Below the pieces are notes generated by a model. It was not told the DNA's origin. It did not search any database and saw nothing but the letters and a program-made list of their open reading frames with translations. The translations under genes and the position numbers were made by a program. Below are positions 38,801 through 52,132 of a DNA stretch of 64,000 bases, one piece after another (positions within the stretch are counted from its first letter, which is position 1; every line of letters starts with the position of its first letter). Source of the stretch: Octopus sinensis (Eukaryota); assembly GCF_006345805.1 (NCBI RefSeq), contig NC_043003.1, positions 88,908,001 to 88,972,000 of the forward strand, read 5' to 3'.

Positions 38801-39735
38801 CGTTTTTCATTTTTCTCGTTTCAGCTCAAAGCTGCGGCCATGCTGATGCACCGCCGTTTTGTGCTACACTGTTATTACTAAGAGCCTCCTCTAACATGTG
38901 GCACTTGGTGAAGAATGGAGTTTGATATAACTACCCTCATTTGCACTTCTTGCCGTGAGGTAGGTTCATCTGGGACTCTCGACAGGAAGATGTCCAGCTT
39001 TGATTTAGAAACCGCTACATCTACTTTGTGCAAGTTCCTCAGACTCTTTGGGAGACTATTAAAAAGCTGTGGGCTCTTGAAACCCAGGCTGTTGCAGTAG
39101 CTGGTCCTGAAACGTGATGGCATTGCTGGGATCTTTGGCACTATGCAGTGTCGTCTTGTTCTAGCATTGGTGTAGCTTAGAATGCCAAAATTTGGCACAA
39201 TTCCTCCCAGGATCTTCCAGATATACATTACTGCATACCTCTCCCGTCTTCTCTCCAGGGAGTAGAGTCTTAGTTGTTTCAACCTTTTCCAGTAGCTGAG
39301 CTGTTGCAAAGAGACGATCTGGTTTGTGAATCTTCTCTGGATTGCTTCAAGGTCCGCTGTTAATTTCACACTGGTGGGTGACCATAGCTGTGAGCAGTAA
39401 TCCAGGCGGCTGAGGACGAATGTCTGCCAGAGGACCATCATGGTTTCCTTATCTCTGGTTCTGAATGTTCTTAAGATCCATCCAGCCAGTCGTCTGCACT
39501 TTGTCGCCATCCTGGTAACGTGCACTTGGAAAGAGGTATCATCACTCATGTCGATACCCAGGTCCCTCACAGACTTAGGCTCTGGGATTGAAATTCCCTG
39601 TGGAACGGTGTATCCTGTAAGTTTAATATTCAGTTTTGGATGCTGGTAGCGCAGGGCCTGGAACTTTTCAGCATTAAACTGCATATTATTATCCTTAGCC
39701 CATCTGTTGATTGAGTCCAATTCCTGCTGCAGGTA
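38800..39735 (-). mobile_element. CR1-group LINE, 5' truncated (RT C-terminus plus 3' UTR)
   Basis: WAKDNNMQFNAEKF, VRDLGI, LRTFRTRD, LDYCSQLWSP, LEAIQRRFT, LYSLERRRER. The N-terminal part of the predicted ORF is flanking DNA. Confidence 0.88.
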
Positions 39736-40559
39736 TGCATAGAACATATAAGTTTGCAAGCGATGTAAAGTAGAGCTACTGAAGTGTTTTGGGAGTAGAT
39801 TACAGACAATGACTACAAAATATAGTTGTTTTACATGTAAGCAAAACTTCTTGTCAGAAACAGCCACATAAATGGTGTAAGAAAATTGAAGGAAGATGTT
39901 GAAAATTCCCCTCTGTGAGTTTATTTTATGCAAAAGCAAAGGGAGCTATTTTTTCGGAGAGAAGTATGGTTGGTACATTAAAAAATGGCAATATAATACC
40001 TACTTGATAAAGTGGAGTGTATTTGCTACGAGCTTCCAGTGTTCAATCACTCTGAAATTGACTTCAGGTAACAAAAAAAGGAAGACATGAAGAGTTTGAC
40101 TTCAGTTCACGAATATTGCTTTGAATCTCTAGCAGTTCACAGTGAAAAGAGGTCATGTTTGAAATATCATAATGGATGGGTAAATAAGCATCCTTAAAGT
40201 GAAACAATGCATTGGTATGTAAACAAAGGTATCAACAAATATAAGAAAGAGAAGGGAGCATCACTTTTCAAGAAACTCATCAATACAGTTTAAATATGGA
40301 GATTAAGATTGTTTGTTATTGGATATTCATTGTGTACAGTGTTCCTAGTTAATTTAATTACTGTTGCAGGTGAACAGTCGAAATAGATATACAGACAAAA
40401 TCCTTTCACTTTTATAATATTTAATAATATACAATTACAACATAAATAAATGATAAATCAAAAAATGTGAAAACCTCTAAAAGGTATTCTCTAATGCCAA
40501 TATATGACCATTTAAATTTAAAAAGTATGGAAAACCCTATATAGAAAAAATTATGTACA

Positions 40560-40757
40560 TACGAGAAAAATCCGTGTAAACCACCATTTTTCCCGGTTTG
40601 TCCACTTATGTGGGAGCTCTGAGGAAAATGCTATAGCACATGACCATCCTTGGCACATAAGTTATGTGCGTGTAAAGTTTGGTGAAAATCGGTTGAGAAT
40701 TGTGGAAATGTATGTGCTAGTCAATATACACACGCATGCTGTGATTTATATATACTA
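40560..40757 (-). mobile_element. Helitron-like non-autonomous 5' fragment
   Basis: Minus TAGTATATATAAATCACAGCATGCGTGTGT...CAACCGATTTTCACCAAACTTT resembles the type 2 head; no 3' end seen. Confidence 0.4.
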
Positions 40758-40944
40758 AATTTCTTGCCAATAGAGAAAGCACCAGTTTCTAACCTAGATC
40801 CAAGGCTCCTTCATTGGAGTTTCGACATCAGCAACAGGGTATATATGTATGTATGTATGTATGTGTGTGTGTGTATATGTATGTTTGTTTGTTTGTTTTG
40901 TTTTATGTATGTATTCTCATGCATTTATTTGCATATCTAGACAT

Positions 40945-41770
40945 ATACTTAAATGATAAACTTGTGGAAAATTTTACAGATTTTTACAGTTCCAGTGATG
41001 GATTGGATCTGTAGTCTTTAAATTAGCTTTCTCCTTTCTGGTTTTGAGAAGCCTAATTTCTCAAGATTGGTATTTAAGTAGTGTGTTACATATTACAGGG
41101 GCCCAATAATTACAGGTATAAACTGGAACTTGTAATCTGGATAGAGTAACTACAGATTTCTCAATGGTTCAGTGTAGGTATTCTCTTTTTCACTGATCTT
41201 CAGCTTTATGTTAACATACGCTGGGCAGCTGATTTCCACAACTTTACAGTTTCTCTTCTCTTTTCCAAATCATTATGTCAGATTTGTTGTGCTTACATTT
41301 TACTGAGGTTTTCACTGGGACATTCTGCTGTACTCCTTTTTATTATACCTTCTACCATACTGTGGGTTCTTACATCTTTGTCTTTGGGTTACCTTTCCGA
41401 GGGATTTCATTATAGAGTGTCCTAGCTACAACATCATGTCTCATTGGTAGATAATACCGTGATGACATTTTCAGACAACTGCTTATGATGTGGGTGATAT
41501 CTTTGGTGTTCACACCACAAAGTCTACATCGGTTGTCACATTTTACTGCTTTTTATGCATCCCTGTCCCTTTTGTGCATCAAGTATTTGGTTGATATTTT
41601 CTGTTCCTGGATTGCAAATGCATACCCTTCAAAGTGGGAGGTAGTAACCCGGTTATTGGTCCATGATAGACTACTTTGATGATCAATGTTACTAACATCT
41701 TGGATCTTTCTACTAACATAACCATGCATAGTCTTCTGTTCATATGTGGTCATCCTTTCATCTGATGATA
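40945..41770 (-). pseudogene. RLE-type (R4/NeSL-like) non-LTR retrotransposon C-terminus
   Basis: KTMHG, FAIQEQKISTKY, CRLCG..TKDITHIISSC (CCHC), RHDVV, VVEISCP..NI..KI.EK...Y; several stops. Confidence 0.8.
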
Positions 41771-42067
41771 TGTTGCAGTAGAGAGAGAGTGTGTGTGTGT
41801 ATGTGTGTGTGTGTGTGTATGTGTGTGTGTGTGAATCATCATCGTATGTATGTATGTGTATCATAATGTTCAGTTTCATTTATTGACAGGCTACCATTAT
41901 TTGGAAGGGTCTTTTTATTGGTGTATAAAGTAGTTGTTTTCACAACTGAATGCTTACTTTTACTGCTAAGCACTTATTTTCAGCTCAGTGAATTTATGAT
42001 GTTACAAAAACCACATTCTCTGTGCTTTTTCTTCAACATTTTCTTTACACTGTTAAGAATAGATGTA

Positions 42068-42240
42068 AGGTAGCAGGTTGGCAGAATCGTAAGCATGCCA
42101 GGCAAAATGCTTAGTGGCATTTCATCCACCTTTATGTTCTGAGTTCAAATTCCACTAAAGTAAATTTTGCTTTTCATCTTTTCAGAGTCTATAAAATAAG
42201 TTTCAGTTAAGTCAAACTTGCTGGCCTTATACCTAAAATG
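42068..42240 (+). mobile_element. Degenerate SINE (GTTCTGAGTTCAAATTCC family); further copies at about 19890-19995 (+) and 47430-47625 (-)
   Basis: Shared GCTTAG...TTCTGAGTTCAAATT...TTTGCCTTTCATC blocks. Confidence 0.65.
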
Positions 42241-42280
42241 TTAAACCATCATTATGAATTGATGCTTTTATTTTTTCCAG

Positions 42281-42457
42281 TATGTGTTGCCTGGCATGAA
42301 ATGTCATCCAAAGCAGTTGGGGGTTCAAATGGCTGCTACAGCTTGTTTGTACAATCTCACTAAAGGTGAAGTCAGCCAAAAGATACACCCTACATGTTTG
42401 CGCAAAGTAGTGGAACTGACTCTCTTGTCTATGGAAAATTTCCCCAAACACCAGCAG
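42281..42457 (+). CDS. ZYG11B: zyg-11 exon (YVLPGMKCHPKQLGVQMAATACLYNLTKGEVSQKIHPTCLRKVVELTLLSMENFPKHQQ)
   Basis: ttttttccag / GTACTT; 177 nt, phase 0/0; matches the ARM-like VQLAASAC.FNLTK...MEHFPNHQQ segment of ZYG11. Confidence 0.93.
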
Positions 42458-42767
42458 GTACTTATGATGTAACTTTAATTGTTCTATGTTTTATTAAATG
42501 CACCTTCACCACCATCATCATTAACCTTACAATGTCATCACCACCATCATCACAATGTTAACTTCACATGCAAACTTTTGCTCACAGTCTACATTCACTT
42601 TGGTATTGAACTGTTCTTCTGTCTCTTCTACCACTACTGCAATGGCCTATGGGCCTCTAAACCGGCTGATTATATACCACTTCCATCTAAACTTGGCTCA
42701 CTTTTGGTCCCTTTTTCTCCATCACTTATACATTTTGTGTTTTACTCATTAGAACCAGCAACAAGTA

Positions 42768-43934
42768 CTGTAAAAACCCATGTAATTTATGCACTTTTTT
42801 CACAAAAATAAAATTAAACTTCAGAGGGTGTGTAAATTATATGAGTAAATTCTTTCCAGAATTAAAAAAAAAATTTTTTGTTGAAAAAAGACATACAAAA
42901 CATAAACATTTGTACTGGAAGTTGACTCATTTAATGTCAGAATAGGTTTTTACAGAAAAGTAATGGCTTAAATATAATGAATGTTGACTTTTATTTATGC
43001 TGGACAGTATAATGTTTACTTTTTCTAAATAAATTTACTAAAACCATTAAATGGTTAACTAACTTTTGAAGTCTGACGTTCATGCTGGTAAGCACGGTCC
43101 AGGGCATATTTTACATTGCTTGGAGTTTCTACCTGTCGCAATGGAGCACCGTTGACATACATAGTGATATGGATATTCCTGACTGAAAAAAATGTAATGA
43201 TATGGATAATCTTGATTGTATGTTTTTATTTTTGTCTGTTTATTACTAGGCACAGTTTTAAGTTTGTTGTACTGTTTACACCAATTTCAATCATTGGCTT
43301 CATTAACATTAAAATGTCTTTCAGCAGCACTATTGCCATGTTCAAATGCATATTTAGCATAAGTGTGAAAGGGATTAAAATTTTCATATTCCATATCAAA
43401 GGTACCAACAAGAGTAGTTGGAAAGGAATTGTTTACATAATCAGTTTGATTAGTCACCTTCCTCTGTCGGTTGAGTACAGTGTCATCCAAAGTGATGTTT
43501 ATTGGTAATTAAATTTAATTTGCAACACCTGTGTGCATTTATCAGCTTTACTTTTGTTGTTAATTCTTATCAACAACTTTTCCTGTGATCGTGATTTGAG
43601 AAGACATACAATAGTGTGCTAAAGATTGGACATAATCTCTTGCAGACAAGAAATGTAACATAAAGTTTATTATAAACAACACAAACACTTTGTAATTTAA
43701 TAGCTTTCAATGTGATACCTGTTAAACAGAAATAATTTTTATTTAATGAAAATTTTATAAAATCTAATCATAAGTAAGTGAAATTATGCTAAATACAACT
43801 AAATTGAAAACCTTTTTCCCCTGACTATATCAGTAATTATGAAAAATTTTGGGTGGGAATTTTACATGAGTAGAAGCTTTTTGTAACAAATTTTATCCTG
43901 AAATCACCTGCGTAAATTACATGGGTTTTTACAG
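42768..43934 (-). mobile_element. pogo-like non-autonomous DNA transposon
   Basis: TA|CTGTAAAAACCCATGTAATTTATGCA with a 25/26 matching right TIR |TA; minus-strand YAFEHGNSAAERHFNVNEAN (Brinker-type DNA-binding remnant). Confidence 0.85.
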
Positions 43935-43985
43935 TACTTTGCTTTTTGCTTGCCATTGCTTATCACACCTTGACACCCTCTAGAC

Positions 43986-44140
43986 CAGTGGTTTTCAACC
44001 AGGGTTCTGCCAGTACAGTCCAGGGGTTCCGCAAGAAGTTACAAAAATGCTAAAATCGACGGTAATTTTTAATTCTCCTGTGCAGATATGTGTGCATAAG
44101 ACAATTAAATTATTGCACAGGGGTTCCTCGAGCCAGTGAA
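43986..44140 (+). mobile_element. hAT-like terminal fragment
   Basis: CAGTGGTTTTCAACC terminus and GGGGTTCC subterminal repeats; no partner TIR found. Confidence 0.5.
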
Positions 44141-45465
44141 ATGTCTATTTTACCAACTACTTAGCTTCAACACTTCAAACTGAACGTTTACAGCCCTAAT
44201 CTCACACTATTTAACTCTAACAACCTAAGAAGGTTTTAACTTCTGCGTCTTTCCAGTCTAATGATTACAAGATCTGTGTTTATATACAACTAACATATAA
44301 CATTGCCTACATCCAATGAGCATAATCTCTGAAATGATCGTATCCATCCACCTAATAGCACTCATCAGAATATTATTCTTCATAATGAAGGTTGTAATAA
44401 AATTCATATAATGAGATAAATGTGCGTTGAGAAGAGCTGAATTCTGATATTTTGGGCCAAGTCATCTTTCTTTACAGCCTTTCAATTCACTCACTCTCTG
44501 TTCAAAACAGAGACTCCTTCATGGAACACAAATTTACTTCATGTTACAAATTGCATCAACACAGACCTAGTTTTCTTTTTTGTTGTTTAAGGAAAATCTG
44601 ACACTGACTTAGAAACAAAGCTTCAAAGCTTGTATCGACATCTCTGTGCTTTTTCAATCCCCCAAAATTACTTATTGCTTTGTCTTTCTGATACCAGCTT
44701 GCCAAAGACCATCCTTGTTCTATGATACAAACTTTTGTTGTAAAGTGATCTAAAATAACACCTTCCATCGAAATTTCACATTAACTTATGTTTTGGCCTC
44801 CAGCTTAATAATTACAATTATTTCACTGAATTCTTCATTATTTTCAAACTAAATTGATACAAAGGCAGTGTATTTCAGTGGAAGTATGGTAACAAAAGGA
44901 TTAGAACAACATATCAGAAACAGACTGCATGTGCACTTACACAAACATATGTTGTTGATCATGCAGCAGCAAAACAAATTAAAATAGCTACAGCTCTCGA
45001 CTACATGCATATAAATTTTGAGTTTAAATTCACTTGAGGTGCTCTTTTTTATTTATTTCATTCTCCTATTAAATACTTTGGACAGTGTAATTTATTATAA
45101 TGGCACACTCCTTTGGACGGTTTAAGTTGAATTAGCCTGCATTTAGAAGTCGTTTCAAGTTGATAAAAGTAAAATGTATAATTACCACTTTATTATATGG
45201 TATTAAGCAACCTAGGTAATGAATAAAGTTTTTTTAACACAAATTTAGCAGTTTGTAATAAATGAAAATCCATGAAATGAGATCGCGATTGCAGTAGGCA
45301 TTCGGGATCCTATATCTTACCTGAAAGTTGTGTATGATTGAAGCTTTTTTCAATGAAAATCATGTATGATAAACAAAAGTAAACATTTATAGCAAACTCA
45401 CAAATAGAATAATGGTATGTACGAAAATAAATGTCAGAGCAAGCTTATGAGCAAGCTGCATGTGT

Positions 45466-45531
45466 GAAGTAAGAAGGGTCATTGAAGGCAGTGTACTGTT
45501 GTACACTGCCTTCAATGACCCTTCTTACTTC
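45466..45531. other. Perfect 31-bp hairpin with a 4-nt loop
   Basis: GAAGTAAGAAGGGTCATTGAAGGCAGTGTAC-TGTT-GTACACTGCCTTCAATGACCCTTCTTACTTC. Confidence 0.95.
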
Positions 45532-45654
45532 AGCAATCACAGAGATGAAGCAAAATATCGATGAAATGCTTGCAGGAAGTCTGATTGCTAACGGCTACAG
45601 TTTGGCATAGATGTGAAGATTGCAGTGGAGGAGTAACTACTGTAGATGGCATTT

Positions 45655-45975
45655 TTGTTTTTCCTTCAGGAGCATATATGAATAAGTTGTCTGGATGGTC
45701 AACTCTGGAACAACCAATGTAAAACCATCCATGTGAAAAGCATGACATTCGCAGGTCCAACCTGACAACTTTCAGTGATTTACCTTGTGCTTTGTTAATT
45801 GTCATGGTGAAGCTGAGTTTGAGAGGGAACTGAAGTCTCCGCATATGGTAAGGGCAGTCTGTTGGGGTTAGCGGAATTTTCAGAATAAAAACAGTATTGT
45901 TTTTGCTGTGTCCTGTGATAATTTGGGCTTCAATGATGTGGTCCATCATTTGTTTGACCACAAGGCGATTTCCAT
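45655..45975 (-). pseudogene. Helitron PIF1 helicase C-terminal remnant
   Basis: RRLQFPLKLSFTMTINKAQGKSL...FSHG..YIGCSRV. Confidence 0.85.
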
Positions 45976-46529
45976 TGCATAATTAAAAGTTGATTTTAAT
46001 TGCATGACTACCTTAAGGAAGTGCTAATGTGCAAATATCTGTGGTTTGCAGTGAATGGGCATTGTAAAAACTATAGTAGAAGACGAAGTGAAAGTAGCAT
46101 AACTACATCATCAAGAGTAATGTCCCTTGAAGCAACATCGTTGGTATTTGTTATTTACCTAGGAGTGGCATTGCTCGTTATGTGGAAAATTTGAAGACTA
46201 TGACCATCTCTGAAATATAAGCATGAACGAAATCAGATGCCAAATATTGATTTTAAGGGGATCAAGAAAAAGGCCTGTATACACACTGATACACACACAC
46301 ATTTTCCGTTTTATTATATATATATAAACATAGATTTGTAATTCTGTCATCAATTCACCTCTGCTTCTTCCATTTCTTTGGTCCTCTTCCATATCTTCTC
46401 TTGCTCAATTCTTTTATTTTATAGATGGCAGTACTATTCTTCAGTAAATAATTATTTATTATAAATATTTGTTTGCTATTTACTGTTTTTTTTTTTATAT
46501 AACTTAAGTTCTTTGTTTATCTTTTGAAG

Positions 46530-46583
46530 TTACAAAAGAATGCTTTGCTGACTCTTTGTAGTGATCGAATACTGCAAGATGTG
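46530..46583 (+). CDS. ZYG11B: zyg-11 short exon (LQKNALLTLCSDRILQDV)
   Basis: ttatcttttgaag / GTGAGT; 54 nt; matches LQKNCLLSLCSDRILQDV. Absent from the ORF track. Confidence 0.93.
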
Positions 46584-47907
46584 GTGAGTTGAAGGGTTTG
46601 CTTTTACTTTCATATGTAGACACATCCTCATATTCATGTTATTTACTCTTTTACACATGAAAAAATACTTTAAAAATTTTTTACATTCTCTTCAGCATTA
46701 CTACAGCTTGGATGTTTCTACTCTACACACTAGTATAGCTTGGATAATTTGTACTCTTCTCACTAATATGAGTTGGACAAGATGTTTGTACTCTATTCAC
46801 TCTGCTCATTGCATTATAGAAATTTAACTAATGATATACTAATACTGTATAGTTTGTGAGAAATGAAACCTGAGCTTTTTGATTCCTTCAAGTTTAAGAA
46901 CATGTTTGGAGACAAATATCTCAGCTTTTAGCTTCCTAGATCAAACAGATGATCTTTCAAAAGTAATTTTTCAGGGCCCAAACTTCAACTTCTCTCCTTT
47001 TGAATGATCTGCTACTGAATTTATCAGTTGTAGATGAGTGAAAAGGAGGCCAAATTAACTTATGGGTGAGTTAAAATATTGGAATTGTAGGCCTTAAACT
47101 TTTTACAGGCAAGTTTCATATTCCAGTATTCCGATTTTGGTGTCAGTTCAATTGCATTTCAATGATCTTTATAGAAAGAAACTATTAATAATGCATTAAC
47201 TTTCTTTAAGGCAAATTTTTATAGGCGAGAAGGGTTCGGTAAACTGAGTCTGTCTTAGTATTAATGAGACATATTTTTTTAACTATTAATCCTTTAGTGT
47301 TCACATTATTTTGTCAAAAGTGATGCCTACTTATCCATAGTTTTGAATGAATCATGCATTAGCTTGTAGCTTTGAGATTTTGATGAGGTAACTGTTAATT
47401 TTTAGAATGATATTCTTTTCTACTCTAGGTACAAAGCCCAAAATTTTTAGGGAGGGCATCAGTCGATTAGATCAACCCCAGTACACAGCTGATACTTAAT
47501 TTATTGACCCCAAAAGGATGAAAGGCAATGTCAATCTCGGTGGAATTTGAACTCAGAATGTAATGGCAGATGAAATACTACTAAGCATTTCACCTGGCAT
47601 GCTAACATTTCAGCCAGCTTGCCACCTTGGAATGATATTGTAGGGCTGCTGTAAGAGGCTGGTGGATCTGGCTCGTTTAAATGCTAAAGGGTTAATGGGA
47701 AAGCTGAGTTCCCCAATGGGGCTTGGAACATGAAAGAAATTATTTAGCTGTATGCTGAAGGGTACTTTCCCACCAGTTCACTTCCTTTTTCTGTTAATGT
47801 ATTCATACAAAATCTTATAAAGAAACAACATATATTATATATTTTCTCTTCTTAATCTGATAATGTTCATCAAATATATTTATTTTTTAAAAACTTCTTA
47901 TCAACAG

Positions 47908-48018
47908 AGCTTTGATCGGTTCCGCTGTGCAGAACTAGTTATGGATTGTTTGTGTTCTTTTGATGATTCTTCTATGAACAGAATGTCTGTAGCTATTTGT
48001 TCCATCTTAGCTGCTAAG
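47908..48018 (+). CDS. ZYG11B: zyg-11 exon (SFDRFRCAELVMDCLCSFDDSSMNRMSVAICSILAAK)
   Basis: tcaacag / GTAAAT; 111 nt, phase 0/0. Confidence 0.93.
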
Positions 48019-48229
48019 GTAAATATTTATAAATTTTATCTTTTGAGTGAATTTTTCTGACATGTTTGTGGTGAATTTGCAATAAATTACTGCAGATGGT
48101 TTTTTTTTTGTTTGCAACTTTTAATGTATTTTAATTATCAAATAAATTTTCAACTGTGAAATAGGTATGAAACCTATTTTTATAGTTGTTTATCCAGCAC
48201 AAATGGGTATTGGTTGTAGTGTAAATATT

Positions 48230-48971
48230 TCTCCCTCTTTTTTTGCTGGTCCTTTGAATGGTTCCTACTACTTAGTGGTAATTGATAGTTTCTGAAAATA
48301 GTCTGAAATTTTGCAAGTGTATAAAACCAACCTCTTCAACTGTGATAAATTTTTAACAGGAATTGTTTGCAAGATTTGGCATACCAGATGAGATAATGTC
48401 TGACAATGGAACGCAATTTGTGTCTAGCAAATTTTTAAAATTTTGTGAACATATAACTATGGCACCATACCATCCCAGATCTAATGGACAGGCAGAACTG
48501 TTTGTCAGTACTTTCAAAAGAGCCCTTAGAAAATCGAATAAGGAAGTCACGGCTGTACAATATGTTCCAAGTACTACCGCCACTGCAGGTGATTGAACCC
48601 AGGCATACAAGTGAGGGGAAAAGAAAACATACAGAGTTCCTGAAAATAGATGCCAAGTGCAAAAAAATATTAAATTGTATGGAAAAAAAAACACAAAAAA
48701 GGGAGGTGGGGGTGAATAAAAATATTGCTAAATAAAATGACACTTCCCAAGAAAAACTTAAAAGGGGAGATGTTATAGGGAATTAGTAATAATGGTACAC
48801 CCCTCCCACGTGACAAATGGAATAACCTAGTCACTATTAGTAAGAGAAGTATGTGAAGTACCAGAGTATGTAGTAGGAGGTCAGAGATAGTTGTGACTTT
48901 ACTCTTTTTACTAAGTATACTGTATACCGAAGTGAGTGTTATGAAAATTCAACATTGTAAGGATTATAACA
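48230..48971 (+). mobile_element. Old Gypsy remnant: integrase core, PPT and a short 3' LTR
   Basis: LFARFGIPDEIMSDNGTQF...APYHPRSNGQAE..V.TFKRAL; AAAAGGGGAGA PPT at 48759-48770; LTR TGTTATA...TATAACA at 48771-48971. Confidence 0.8.
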
Positions 48972-49948
48972 TTGTCTAACTTTGCCATTCTTATTCATTG
49001 AACTTGTACTTTGTGAATCCATTGTGATCCAGAATATTTCTTCTCTTGCCATGCAAACATGGAAAAATGGACTGACCCATGCAAACATGGAAAAGTGGAT
49101 GGTTACAGAGTGTACTGGGTGCTTCTTTCATGACAGCAGACTTAGTGAGGTCACTAAGTAACTTGCACAACAAGATACCTTGATTGGTTGGGGATGTAAT
49201 ATTGAGGGAAGCGGCTTTGTACCAGGTTTTGAGAGATTAAAGTATGTAGAAGAGATACATGGCTACCCTAGTAGAAAAGGGAAAAAGGATAGTAGAGATG
49301 AGGTGCAAGAAGGTAGACAGAAAGAGAATAGGGACACAGAATGAAGGATCACTGGGTGGGCAGGTAGGTTCATGAGTGTGATAGGACATACTGTGGAGAT
49401 GAGAATAGAAGTGAGGCATGGTCAGTGATGAATCTTAGTTTGGGAGAATGTAAAAGAAAAATATGGTAGTTCAAGGAGGAGGAGGTGATACATGGCAATA
49501 TATAAAAGAGGGAGAGAGCAACATTATAATAAAATTGTTGATAGATCATCATGTAAATGTATTTATATGAATATGGTCATATGAATATATTGATAGTCAA
49601 GTAGAATATCTAGGCCCGATCTTTTGACATCTTAGAACAACAATTAAATTAACTAATTTCATTACAGTTGCATCTCAGAGAATTTGCTTTCCCCTCTTTT
49701 AACATGTCGAAAGATAGTTGTCAACAGCTATTGTATGTGTAAGCAATGTTGTAAATATCACAACTAAATTAAAATCCTTGTAATTTAACCACTGGACCTA
49801 TTTCACAGTCAGATTTATTAAACACATAGATATATATGATTCTGAGTACATATTTGTTCACAGCCCTTGTTTTGTTGGAACCGTAGAAAATGTATGTGTG
49901 TGTATAGTTGTATGTATATATCTGTTTATATATATATCTATGTGTATA

Positions 49949-50245
49949 TCTTTATATATAAAAGTCAAGTTGTGTGTCTGTCTCCTACGATTTAGATTCC
50001 TAACTACTCCCACATTTTGTGGAGCAGTTTAACCAAAACTGGGTATCTTACAGTCGTGATTCATATCGAGCCCTTCTGGGTATTAGCGCGCGTCTATGAT
50101 GAGTCTACGATTTAAAAAAAAATTTACCATAATTTTTTTTCCATTTTTAATGCATTTTTTTGCTATTTTTTGGCTATAACTCTCTAAAAATGCTTATATA
50201 GTTATTTCCCTTACAAACCCGAGCAACGCCGGGCGATACTGCTAG
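49949..50245 (+). mobile_element. Non-autonomous Helitron (5' type 1, shortest form)
   Basis: A|TC start; same 3' hairpin and CTAG|T. Confidence 0.9.
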
Positions 50246-50554
50246 TTTCTATATATGTGTGTGCATGTCTATATGTGTTTAAAGCCTATTTGTGTGTTAA
50301 TGTTTATATTTGTTTATATTTTATAATGTTAATATATGTTTATATTTCAGTATATGTTTAAGTGTGGATATATCTAAATATGTATATGTGTTGTATGTTT
50401 ATATGTGTGTATATATTCATATATATGAATGTCTGTATGTGTTAATGTGGAACACATATGTAAAATATGCACAAAATCACAATTTCCTAAATATTGGAAT
50501 TGTATGCCCTTGCAATACATTTGTAACATCAGAAAATGTATGTTTTGCTGGCAG

Positions 50555-50696
50555 ATCTCAACAGAAGAGACTTCAAGACTTGGAGGAACCCATCACTATA
50601 TGCAGAAGATGCTGGAATTAGTGCATCAGAAAATGGAACATATGGCTATTGATATCACCTTGAAATTTACATTAAGTGCTCTTTGGAATCTTACTG
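50555..50696 (+). CDS. ZYG11B: zyg-11 exon (ISTEETSRLGGTHHYMQKMLELVHQKMEHMAIDITLKFTLSALWNLT+G)
   Basis: gctggcag / GTGAGG; ITLKFTLSALWNLT is diagnostic of ZYG11 rather than ZER1; ends in phase 1. Confidence 0.94.
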
Positions 50697-50984
50697 GTGA
50701 GGTTTTTGTAAATATTTTTCTGTCCCCAAATTGGTATTGTCTGTGTCTTCTTCAAAGGAGAATCATTTGTAGGCTTCTTTTGTCCAAATGATTTATGCTT
50801 TGGGGAAGGCATAAATCTTATAATAGTCTTCATGTCTTGCCTCAAAAGTTTTAGGCATCATTGCTATATTTACATAAGAAATTATTTCATTTCAAATGAA
50901 TTTTTCAAATTATCTTTAGATTGTATGATTTTGCATATTCACATATTTAAATGAAGAACTTTGTAACAGGTTTGCATTTATGTA

Positions 50985-51340
50985 CATCATCATCATTTAA
51001 TGCCTGTTTTCCATGCTAGTATGGGTTAGGTAGTTTGACCAGAGCTGGTCAGCTGCAAGGGAGCTGCACCAGGCTCCAGTTGTCTGTTTTGGCTTGGTTT
51101 CTATACCTGAATACCCTTCCTAATGCTAGCCATTTGACTGAGTGTATTGGGTGTCTTTTATGTGTCACCAGCATGGGTACCCTTTTATGTGCACTGGCAT
51201 AGGTGCTTTTTACACATCACTGGCACAGGTAGCTTTTTTCATGTCACTAGCATGGGTGCCTTTTACACATCACCAATATGGGTGCCTCGTACATGTCTCC
51301 AGAATGGGTACCTTTTATGTATCACCAGCACTGGTCACAA
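50985..51340 (-). mobile_element. Degenerate RTE-tailed element with short motif repeats
   Basis: CATCATCATTTAA...CCATGCTAGTATGG tail on the minus strand; about 30-bp GGTGCTTTTTA repeats. Weaker copies near 24400, 52000, 53300, 54170, 58880. Confidence 0.7.
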
Positions 51341-52132
51341 CCATTATTACGTAAGGGATTTTTTTTTGTTATGTCTATTAAAGTTACATGACTTTTTTCC
51401 ATAAGTCTATTATTAAAGTTAAATAATTATAAAAACCTGATCAGTATTTAGATTGGTGATCAGTAATTCAGTTGGGATGTCACTTAGCAAACATAGGTTC
51501 TGTAAACATCTTCATCATTGTTTGAATATTCACTTTTCCATGCTTGCATGAATCAGATGGATTTTGTTGAACAGATTTTCTATAAATGGCTGCTTCTGTT
51601 GCCATTTCTCAACTGTTTCCAAGCAAGGTAATATTTCCCTGTGGCCAAACATGTTTTCATGGAGGATTTGAAACAAACAACACACTTATATGGTGACACA
51701 ACTATTACATAATGTCAAGATTAGGTGACATGCACACGCACGCACACACACACATACACATAGTGGTCTCCTTTCAATTTCTGTCTACCATATCTACTCA
51801 CAAGGCCTAAGACTATAGTAGAAGATACTTATTCTGTTCTCAACCCTTCGTTCCTGCATCAACTTCTCATTCCATAGCATAAAGCCACCTCCCTCTCTAC
51901 TGTACCTCTACTTAGTTGAAGGAAATCTTAGTCTTGCAGGATGCCTGATGACCTTACTAGTGCTGATGATATAAAAATAACACCCAGTACATATCATAAA
52001 GTGGTTGTAGGAAGGGCACCCAACCATAGAAACCATACCAAAGCAGACATTGGAGCACAATGCATTACTTAGCGCCTTTGAATCCTGTTGAACCCATGCT
52101 AGCATGGAACATGGATATTAAATGGTCATTAA

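Noticed and set aside
39735-40260. Possible decayed coding sequence upstream of the CR1 fragment
   Set aside because: Multiple stops in all frames and no motif I can recognise.
44270-44770. hAT (Charlie/Buster-like) transposase remnant and a CTGATGAG motif near 44362
   Set aside because: Only weak peptide resemblance and no GAAA/stem partner; insufficient support.
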